Made by a program: the position numbers and the translations under genes
Assembly: GCA_009784825.1 (NCBI GenBank)
Contig: WQXO01000001.1
Coordinates: 1,599-65,598, forward strand
Source: Oscillospiraceae bacterium
Lineage (GTDB): Bacteria; Bacillota; Clostridia; Oscillospirales; Ruminococcaceae
Length of the DNA: 64,000 bases
Direction of reading: 5' to 3'
In this document: positions 1 to 6,539 of the stretch, one piece after another
Layout: the number at the start of each line of letters is the position of its first letter
How positions within the stretch are numbered: the first letter of the stretch is position 1
The notes under the pieces: generated by a model
What the model was told of the DNA's origin: nothing
Databases searched by the model: none
What the model saw: the letters and a program-made list of their open reading frames with translations, nothing else

Positions 1-29
1 AAATGAAATATAAAAAAGGAGCAAAACAT

Positions 30-1367
30 ATGCAAAAGAGAAAAATCATAATTATCGGAGCGGCAGGGCGTGACTTCCACAATTTCAACACCTTTTACAG
101 GGGTAATCCCACTTATGACGTAATAGCGTTCACGGCGGCACAAATCCCCGATATTGCGGGGAGAAAATATCCTGCCTCATTAGCGGGTGAGTTATACCCC
201 GACGGAATCCCTATTTATGCACAGGACGATTTGGAAAAGCTGATTAAGGATTTCGATATTGACGAATGTGTTTTCGCATACAGTGATGTGCCTTATAACA
301 CAGTAATGAACATCGGTGCAATGGTAAATGCGGCAGGGGCAGACTTCACCCTGCTCGGACACAAGAACACCATGATTAAAAGCACAAAACCTGTTATTGC
401 GGTGGGAGCCATTCGTACCGGTTGCGGAAAAAGCCAAACCTCACGCAGAATTACCGAGATTCTCATGGCACAGGGGTTAAAAGTAATCGCAATCCGCCAC
501 CCCATGCCTTATGGTGACTTGGAGGCACAGAGGGTTCAGCGGTTTGCGACAATTGATGACCTCGCCAAACACAAATGCACTATTGAGGAAATGGAGGAGT
601 ATGAACCCCATATCACACGAGGCAATGTTATATATGCGGGAGTGGATTATGAGGCTATTCTCAGGGCGGCAGAGAATGACCCTGACGGATGTGACGTAAT
701 TCTGTGGGACGGCGGAAACAACGATTTCCCGTTCTATAAGTCGGATTTAACCGTTACAGTGGTTGACCCGCACCGCCCCGGTCATGAGTTGAGCTATTAT
801 CCGGGTGAGGTAACTCTCAGAATAGCAGACGTGGTGGTTATTAATAAAATCGACAGCTCGGATTTTGAAAATATCCAGCAGGTTCGCAAGAACATCGAGT
901 TAGTTAATCCTAACGCAATTGTTGTGGACGCCGCTTCGACTATTGCGGTTGACAATCCCGATTTAATAAAAGGCAAGCGGGTTCTCGTAATCGAGGACGG
1001 TCCGACCTTAACCCACGGTGAAATGAAAATCGGAGCAGGGATAGTCGCCGCCCGCCGCTTTGGTGCTAAAGAGATTATTGACCCGAGGGATAAGGCTGTG
1101 GGAAAATTAGCAGAAACCTATCGCCTTTACCCAAACATCGGTAGTTTATTACCGGCGATGGGTTATGGTGAGGAGCAAATGCGTGACCTGACCGCTACGA
1201 TTGAGCGGGTTGACTGTGACTCGGTAATCATCGCCACACCGATTGATTTGGCACGGGTTATAAAAATCAACAAACCTAATACAAGGGTGGACTATAGCTT
1301 ACAGGAAATCGGTCAGCCGAATTTAGAGGATGTTTTGAAAGATTTTATGGCGAAAATCAAGAAATAA
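30..1367 (+). CDS. P-loop protein of the cyclic 2,3-diphosphoglycerate synthetase-like family (family name tentative)
   Basis: ORF 3..1367. AGGAG at 17-21 favours the ATG at 30. N-terminal IIIIGAAGRDFHNF nucleotide-binding motif and Walker-A-like GAIRTGCGKS. A hairpin terminator follows. Confidence 0.5.
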   Translation: MQKRKIIIIGAAGRDFHNFNTFYRGNPTYDVIAFTAAQIPDIAGRKYPASLAGELYPDGIPIYAQDDLEKLIKDFDIDECVFAYSDVPYNTVMNIGAMVNAAGADFTLLGHKNTMIKSTKPVIAVGAIRTGCGKSQTSRRITEILMAQGLKVIAIRHPMPYGDLEAQRVQRFATIDDLAKHKCTIEEMEEYEPHITRGNVIYAGVDYEAILRAAENDPDGCDVILWDGGNNDFPFYKSDLTVTVVDPHRPGHELSYYPGEVTLRIADVVVINKIDSSDFENIQQVRKNIELVNPNAIVVDAASTIAVDNPDLIKGKRVLVIEDGPTLTHGEMKIGAGIVAARRFGAKEIIDPRDKAVGKLAETYRLYPNIGSLLPAMGYGEEQMRDLTATIERVDCDSVIIATPIDLARVIKINKPNTRVDYSLQEIGQPNLEDVLKDFMAKIKK

Positions 1368-1373
1368 TGAGAA

Positions 1374-1412
1374 AAGCCTTACGGTTCAACTAAATCGTAA
1401 GGCTTGTATTAT
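1374..1412. terminator. hairpin terminator between convergent genes
   Basis: GCCTTACG (1376-1383) pairs with CGTAAGGC (1396-1403), followed by a T-rich tail. Confidence 0.6.
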
Positions 1413-1420
1413 TTGAAATC

Positions 1421-1462
1421 TAATTCATCACAATATCTTCTTCTATTTCGTAAATGTCATAT
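1421..1462 (-). repeat. relic copy of the last 13 codons of the lipoprotein gene at 2215..2802
   Basis: 38/42 nt identical to 2216-2257. On the minus strand it reads ..DIYEIEEDIVMN followed by a stop (TAG at 1420-1422), versus ..DIYEVEEDIVMN-stop in the intact gene. Confidence 0.8.
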
Positions 1463-1819
1463 TTCAAGAATGCCCTCAATAATTTTTCGCAGCTCCGGCA
1501 ATCCGTCTTTGAGCAAGCCCCAAAACATTACAGGGTCAAAGGCTTCGTATCTATGGACTACTATAGCTCGTGTTTTACTAATTGCGAACCAATAATCACT
1601 TTGGATTAAAGCAAAGGTTTCAGGGGTCAGCTTTAGCGACTGATGCTTGTCGGCTGTTCCTCTTGCCAACTCGAAAACCTGACCTATATCAAAAACTGCT
1701 GATTTTAATGTTTTTCTGTCTTTGACAAATTCATCAAATGACATATCGCCTACGTCTTCAATAACTTCTTCAATATGCTTTAACATTTTCTCAAGAAGTT
1801 GCTTATCAGTTGCGGTCAT
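1457..1819 (-). CDS. hepT: HEPN-domain (DUF86) toxin, HepT-like
   Basis: 120 aa. Rx4H HEPN motif in RAIVVH. Overlaps the upstream nucleotidyltransferase gene by 14 nt, the typical MNT-HEPN arrangement. Confidence 0.8.
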   Translation of the reverse strand: MTATDKQLLEKMLKHIEEVIEDVGDMSFDEFVKDRKTLKSAVFDIGQVFELARGTADKHQSLKLTPETFALIQSDYWFAISKTRAIVVHRYEAFDPVMFWGLLKDGLPELRKIIEGILEI

Positions 1820-2114
1820 ATATGGTTACTCCCTCTCTTTGAATGTTCTCGAAAACTGGTGATTCTTTACGTATTTCAACAAGTTCAACCATATCAATCC
1901 GCTTTTCAATGCTATCTTCGGCTTTTGCCCACATAGCAAAAAATTGAACGCCGGATATTTCACCGTGACTGTCGGTTACAATATCTAAATCGCTGAGCGT
2001 ATTGGCATCACCACGAGCATAAGAGCCAAACAGCGTAGCTTTATACACCGGATAAGCCGCAAATATAGGGTGTAATCTTTGTTTTATCTCATCAATACTA
2101 TAAACCTTTTCCAT
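1806..2114 (-). CDS. mntA: minimal nucleotidyltransferase antitoxin, MntA-like
   Basis: 102 aa. GSYARGD..SDLDI Pol-beta-type nucleotidyltransferase motif. SD GGGGGG lies upstream, preceded by TTGACT-N16-TATAAT. Confidence 0.8.
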   Translation of the reverse strand: MEKVYSIDEIKQRLHPIFAAYPVYKATLFGSYARGDANTLSDLDIVTDSHGEISGVQFFAMWAKAEDSIEKRIDMVELVEIRKESPVFENIQREGVTIYDRN

Positions 2115-2164
2115 AAGCCCCCCTTTTTTTCTATTTTATTATATCACAAAAATCTCAAAAGTCA

Positions 2165-2196
2165 ATAAAAACGGTGTAACTGCGAAGTTACACCCA
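2165..2196 (-). terminator. hairpin terminator downstream of the lipoprotein gene
   Basis: GGTGTAAC/GTTACACC stem (2173-2194), followed on the minus strand by GTTTTTATT. Confidence 0.55.
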
Positions 2197-2214
2197 TTTT
2201 ATATTCTATCTCTT

Positions 2215-2802
2215 TTAATTCATCACAATATCTTCTTCCACCTCATAAATGTCATATGCGTCACCGACGATTACAACCTCTATTATGTCTGAGGTAATCG
2301 TTTGAGAAAAAGCGGCTGTTAATGAAGCATCGGGCATTTTCAACTCAAGCGGCTGAAGCGTCTTTTTGTCGAGCGTCAGTGTGTAGGCGTATGTACCTGT
2401 GCTACCGGTAATCGTGATAATTTCACCTGCGGATACGATTTCTCTCCCCTCACCGCAAAACGCATTTTCTAACGCCGATATTACTATGGCATAAACGGCG
2501 TTTGGTTGAATTTTCTCGGAATTGGCAGTCACCCCGTCAAAATCGGCAGAAACAACACCTTTATTATATGTAAGTGAAATTCCCTCTAACGCGAACGGCT
2601 CAAGCAGGGTTATTTCCCATATATCTGCGTTTTTTCGTGCGAACCTTGCGACAGTGTTAAACTCACCCTTGCTCATGTTTACCGTGAACTCGTATGCCTT
2701 GTTTAGTTTTAGAGAATCGGGGTTAATCCGTGTAACTCCCGAACATGCCGAGATTAGAATAAGTGAAAAAACCAACAACAGTATAAAAGACCTTTTAAGC
2801 AT
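2215..2802 (-). CDS. putative lipoprotein, unknown function
   Basis: Signal peptide with lipobox LISAC (MLKRSFILLLVFSLILISAC). I recognise no catalytic motif. Confidence 0.6.
   Translation of the reverse strand: MLKRSFILLLVFSLILISACSGVTRINPDSLKLNKAYEFTVNMSKGEFNTVARFARKNADIWEITLLEPFALEGISLTYNKGVVSADFDGVTANSEKIQPNAVYAIVISALENAFCGEGREIVSAGEIITITGSTGTYAYTLTLDKKTLQPLELKMPDASLTAAFSQTITSDIIEVVIVGDAYDIYEVEEDIVMN
2216..2257 (-). repeat. functional copy of the 42-nt duplicated segment (3' end of the lipoprotein gene)
   Basis: Partner of 1421-1462, at an offset of 795 nt. Confidence 0.8.
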
Positions 2803-2830
2803 ATCTAATGCTCCTTAAATTAATAAATCT

Positions 2831-4342
2831 TCATATACTTCCTATAATTTCAACAATATCGCTTGCCGTCATTCCCGATAGTGAGCGGGTTTCCGCTAAC
2901 TTGTCGGCGGCTAAACCGTGGAGGAATACTCCCAAGCAGGCAGCTTCAAACAGCTTCATGCCTTGTGCGGCAAGGGACGCAATTATTCCGGTGAGGACAT
3001 CACCCGTTCCCGCTTTTGCCAATCCTGCATTACCTGTTTTATTAACTGCGGTTCGCCCGTCGGGGGAGGCAATAACGGTATGCACGCCCTTCAGCACGAT
3101 TATTGCACCCGATTCCTTTGCGAACAGTTTCGCACTGTCAATCCTGTTTGTTTGGATTTCGTTTACAGGAGTTCCGGTCATTCGTGAAAATTCTGCGGGG
3201 TGTGGTGTGCATACAAGCTGTGAGTTGTCCTTTAAAATATTTATATTGCCCGAAATGCAATTTATTCCGTCTGCATCAAGAATTACGGGACAACGTGCAT
3301 TTTTAATGACATATTCCGTGATTTTTCGTGTTTCTGCGGTGACACCTAATCCGCATCCGATTGAAACTGCAGTCGCCTTTTGAAGCTCGGACGGGATTGC
3401 TTTTAACGCCGAATCGTTGATAAACCCACTCTTGTCCACCTCTAACGGGAGGAATACGGCTTCGGGAACAGCAGAGGCAATTGAAAAAACCACTTGCCCG
3501 GGAGAAGCAAGGGTGACTAATCCCGCTCCCGCTCTTACTGCGGCTTTTGTGGAAAGCTGTGCCGCTCCTATATACCGCTCGCTCCCCGCTATGTTAAGCA
3601 GCTTTCCGTAGCTACCCTTGTGTGAATTTTTAAGACGTTTCGGGCGGCAGAACATAATCGAGGAATCAATCAGGCGTGCATTGTTCATGTTAAAATCACT
3701 TACCGTTAACCCTATGTCTAAAAGAACAAGCTCACCGCAAAAATCACCGGCAGGGTGCGAAAACATACTTTTTTTATATGCACCGAGAACGTATGTAACA
3801 TTCGGGATAAAAGCACATGCCGCTCTTGCTCCGCTGTCGGAATCTATTCCGCTGGGTAAGTCGATTGATATTTTCAAAGCCTTACAGTTCTCGTTGACAT
3901 ATCTGAACAGCTCTGCCGTTTTTAAGTCCAGCTCCCCCTTGAAGCCTGTCCCGAAAACACAGTCTAAAACTATATGGCTGTTGACAAGTGCGGTTTTTAC
4001 GCTTTCCTCCCGCTCGGCAAACAGAACCGTGGGTAGGTTGGGTGAACGTCGTGCGAAAATCCCCCTTGCCGGGTCGCTTGCAGGCAGTCCCGTTAAAAAG
4101 ACGCACAAAACCTCTGCACCTGCTTCCTTAAGCAGTTCGGCGATAAGAAGTCCATCACCGCCGTTGTTGCCTTTTCCGCATAGGATAGTGAAGGTTTTCT
4201 CACGCACAGAGCCGACAAGTGCGGATATATTCGCAAAACAGGCGTTTGCGGCATTTTCCGCTAAAGTGCGGAGCGGCACACCTCGGCGGACGGCGTTTTG
4301 CTCGGCGGTTTTCATTTGGTCGGAAGTTACAATAAAGTCCAT
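2831..4342 (-). CDS. nnr: bifunctional NAD(P)H-hydrate repair enzyme (epimerase / ADP-dependent dehydratase)
   Basis: 503 aa. The N-terminal YjeF_N part has GKGNNGGDG. The C-terminal carbohydrate-kinase-like part has GPGLG-type (GCGLG) and AGTGD motifs. Confidence 0.9.
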   Translation of the reverse strand: MDFIVTSDQMKTAEQNAVRRGVPLRTLAENAANACFANISALVGSVREKTFTILCGKGNNGGDGLLIAELLKEAGAEVLCVFLTGLPASDPARGIFARRSPNLPTVLFAEREESVKTALVNSHIVLDCVFGTGFKGELDLKTAELFRYVNENCKALKISIDLPSGIDSDSGARAACAFIPNVTYVLGAYKKSMFSHPAGDFCGELVLLDIGLTVSDFNMNNARLIDSSIMFCRPKRLKNSHKGSYGKLLNIAGSERYIGAAQLSTKAAVRAGAGLVTLASPGQVVFSIASAVPEAVFLPLEVDKSGFINDSALKAIPSELQKATAVSIGCGLGVTAETRKITEYVIKNARCPVILDADGINCISGNINILKDNSQLVCTPHPAEFSRMTGTPVNEIQTNRIDSAKLFAKESGAIIVLKGVHTVIASPDGRTAVNKTGNAGLAKAGTGDVLTGIIASLAAQGMKLFEAACLGVFLHGLAADKLAETRSLSGMTASDIVEIIGSI

Positions 4343-4415
4343 TTTATTTTCCTAAATTTCGGCGTTATTTTTTATTAATTATATCATAAATTTTACCATA
4401 AATCAAGGGGCGAAT

Positions 4416-4750
4416 TTTTCAACATCATATGTGTTTTCTCATGCTAAAGCGGGGTTGACTGTTAAGCGATTTATAACATTTTCCACGAGGTTTTCAACAT
4501 CAATGTTAAAACCGCAGAGAAATCGACACAAAACTCGGTCGGTTTTCAACACTTTCAACGGGAAAACATGTGTTTTTACAGTCTGTAATGCTGTATTTAT
4601 ACATTGGGTTTATTGCGGAGGATTTTATACATAATGTTTAACTTGGTGGTTGTCATGTTCTTTTAACTTTTTCAACAGGATTTTAAACAATAATTTTACG
4701 GATATTGTCGAAATTTGTGATAAACAGTATGCTTGTACATGTTTTCAACT
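4416..4750 (+). promoter_or_regulatory. array of direct TTTTCAAC(A) repeats (DnaA-box-like) in the nnr / small-ORF divergent intergenic region
   Basis: Exact TTTTCAAC at 4416, 4491, 4543, 4669 and 4742, all on the plus strand. Variants are TTTTCCACG at 4479 and CTTTCAACG at 4552. Confidence 0.6.
4706..4712 (+). promoter_or_regulatory. Spo0A-box-like heptamer TGTCGAA
   Basis: Exact 0A-box core within ATTGTCGAAATTT, upstream of the small ORF and sigG. Confidence 0.3.
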
Positions 4751-4845
4751 TTGCATGGGGAATAGTCGGGGATATTTTTCCAATAATACAATCAGTAAAA
4801 TATTCGGGGTTTTATAGAAAACCTTCGGAAAGGAGCATGTTCATT

Positions 4846-5106
4846 ATGCTTAAAGGAGTGAACAAACTGATAGTAGAGGTCAGCAACCCCGACAGCGAGT
4901 TTTTTGAGCGGGCGATTTTCTTCGTGAAACCGCAGATGAAGAACACTCCGACAAGCGAGCTGAACAGAAATGCGAACAAGCTTTTAAACCAAGCCGGAAC
5001 AGCAAAAAATCGCAAGTGGCGGTCTCGTGTTGTTGCTATTTTCAGATTTGCGGGTGCGGTGGCACTCGGAGCGGCGGCAGCAACACTGATTAAGTTTTTG
5101 GCATAA
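4846..5106 (+). CDS. small tail-anchored membrane protein, unknown function
   Basis: AAAGGAG at about 4828-4834 favours the ATG at 4846 (MLKGVNKLIVEV..) over the ORF-track start at 4705. The C-terminus is a hydrophobic helix, AGAVALGAAAATLIKFLA. Confidence 0.5.
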   Translation: MLKGVNKLIVEVSNPDSEFFERAIFFVKPQMKNTPTSELNRNANKLLNQAGTAKNRKWRSRVVAIFRFAGAVALGAAAATLIKFLA

Positions 5107-5132
5107 TTTAACTGTTATATATTTGAATAAAA

Positions 5133-5173
5133 AACACCCCCTCGACAATACTCTAAGAGTGACGGGGGGTGTT
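5133..5173 (+). promoter_or_regulatory. hairpin that terminates the small ORF and/or sequesters the sigG SD and start
   Basis: ACACCCCC (5134-5141) pairs with GGGGGTGT (5165-5172). The 3' arm contains the G-rich SD and the GTG at 5169, followed by TTTTCCATTT. Confidence 0.55.
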
Positions 5174-5948
5174 TTCCATTTATTATAATAAAGTTGAAAT
5201 CAGCGGTGTGAACACAGCAAACTTAAAAGTCTTGAAAGAGGCGGAAAAAACCCGGCTTCTAAAATTGGTAAAGGGCGGCGACATGTCAGCCCGTGAGGAA
5301 TTAATCAACGGGAATCTACGGCTTGTTCTAAGCGTTATCCAGCGATTTTCGGGACGTGGAGAAAACCCCGACGATTTGTTTCAGGTCGGGTGCATCGGGT
5401 TGATTAAAGCGATTGACAATTTCGATATTACGCTGAATGTGAAGTTCAGCACGTATGCAGTGCCGATGATTTTAGGCGAGGTTAAGCGTTATCTCCGTGA
5501 CAACAATCAAGTCCGTGTAAGTCGTTCCTTGCGTGACTTAGCCTACCGTGCCATGCAAGCGAAGGAGAAGCTCATAAACGAGAAATCCCGTGAGCCGAAT
5601 GTCGAGGAAATTGCCAAGGAAATAGGCTCGAGGCGTGAAGATGTGGTTCTCGCATTAGAGGCAATCAGCGAACCGTTGTCACTGTATGAGCCGGTGTTCT
5701 CGGAATCGGGTGATACTATTTATGTTATGGACCAAATCGGCGACAACAACGATGACAATAACTGGCTTGATGAAATAGCGTTGAAGGAAGCAATCGGGCA
5801 TTTAGGGCAGCGGGAAAAGAAGATTCTTAATCTGCGGTTTTTTCAAGGTAAGACACAGGTGGAGGTTGCCGAGGAAATAGGGATTTCACAGGCACAGGTT
5901 TCCCGGCTTGAAAAAGGTGCATTAAATAAAATCAAGCGAAAGATATAA
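5169..5948 (+). CDS. sigG: sporulation sigma factor SigG (forespore, late)
   Basis: Close match to my memory of B. subtilis SigG: NKVEISGV.., NGNLRLVLSVIQRF, DDLFQVGCIGL.K.IDNFD, VKFSTYAVPMI.GE..RYLRDNN..RVSRSLRD. The exact start is uncertain (GTG at 5169 or slightly downstream). Confidence 0.9.
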   Translation: MFSIYYNKVEISGVNTANLKVLKEAEKTRLLKLVKGGDMSAREELINGNLRLVLSVIQRFSGRGENPDDLFQVGCIGLIKAIDNFDITLNVKFSTYAVPMILGEVKRYLRDNNQVRVSRSLRDLAYRAMQAKEKLINEKSREPNVEEIAKEIGSRREDVVLALEAISEPLSLYEPVFSESGDTIYVMDQIGDNNDDNNWLDEIALKEAIGHLGQREKKILNLRFFQGKTQVEVAEEIGISQAQVSRLEKGALNKIKRKI

Positions 5949-5954
5949 CAAAAA

Positions 5955-5990
5955 CAGGCTTTGGGTTTTTCCGAAGCCTGCATTATTTTC
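5955..5990 (+). terminator. rho-independent terminator after sigG
   Basis: CAGGCTT (5955-5961) pairs with AAGCCTG (5974-5980), followed by a T-rich tract. Confidence 0.7.
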
Positions 5991-6004
5991 CGTTTTTTCC
6001 AAAT

Positions 6005-6053
6005 GTATGCAACTTGCATACTATTGACACGTTATTATGTCTTATGATATACT
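6005..6053 (+). promoter_or_regulatory. sigma-A-type promoter with an abutting 17-bp perfect palindrome (candidate operator)
   Basis: Palindrome GTATGCAA-C-TTGCATAC at 6005-6021. TTGACA at 6024-6029, 18-nt spacer, TGaTATACT at 6045-6053. Confidence 0.55.
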
Positions 6054-6094
6054 AAATTCACAATAAAGCGATATAAAAACAGAGGTTTTATACC

Positions 6095-6538
6095 ATGTCT
6101 AATAAAAAAATACCCACTGACGTGCTTTTGAAAAGATTATTCAAAACCACTTCCATTGACCGCTTTATACACAGCTATAGCGAGGATTTGAACAACCCTC
6201 CCGTTTTCTGCGATTATATAAACTCGCTGTGTTCTCAAAAGGACATCTCACATGAAAGTGTTATAAAAAAAGCCGATATTGCAAGAACATATGGGCATCA
6301 GCTGTTCAGCGGCACAAGAAAACCGACACGAGACAGGGTTATTCAGCTTGCTTTCGGTTTTGAAATGGATTATGAAGAAACACAAAAGTTTCTTGTTGTT
6401 GCAAGGAAAAGCCAGCTTTACCCGAAAATCAAGCGAGATGCCATTATTATCTTCGCTTTAAAAAACGGGTATGGTGTTGTTGATGTTCAATCTGCTTTAT
6501 ATGACCTGTCTATTCCGATATTAGGGGAGGAACGGTAA
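6095..6538 (+). CDS. small helix-turn-helix (XRE-like) regulator
   Basis: 147 aa. HTH-like IKKADIARTYGHQLFSGTRKPTRDRVIQLAFG. Its stop lies 1 nt before the kinase start, indicating an operon. Confidence 0.5.
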   Translation: MSNKKIPTDVLLKRLFKTTSIDRFIHSYSEDLNNPPVFCDYINSLCSQKDISHESVIKKADIARTYGHQLFSGTRKPTRDRVIQLAFGFEMDYEETQKFLVVARKSQLYPKIKRDAIIIFALKNGYGVVDVQSALYDLSIPILGEER

Positions 6539-6539
6539 A

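Noticed and set aside
2808-4355. Plus-strand ORFs 2808..3383 and 3618..4355, antisense to nnr.
   Set aside because: The minus-strand frame carries unmistakable YjeF_N and carbohydrate-kinase motifs over its full length. The antisense ORFs have no motifs and no RBS.
4705-4845. The long version (133 aa, TTG at 4705) of the small ORF upstream of sigG.
   Set aside because: There is no SD before 4705. The N-terminal 47 codons overlap the repeat array and the Spo0A box. A strong AAAGGAG precedes the ATG at 4846.
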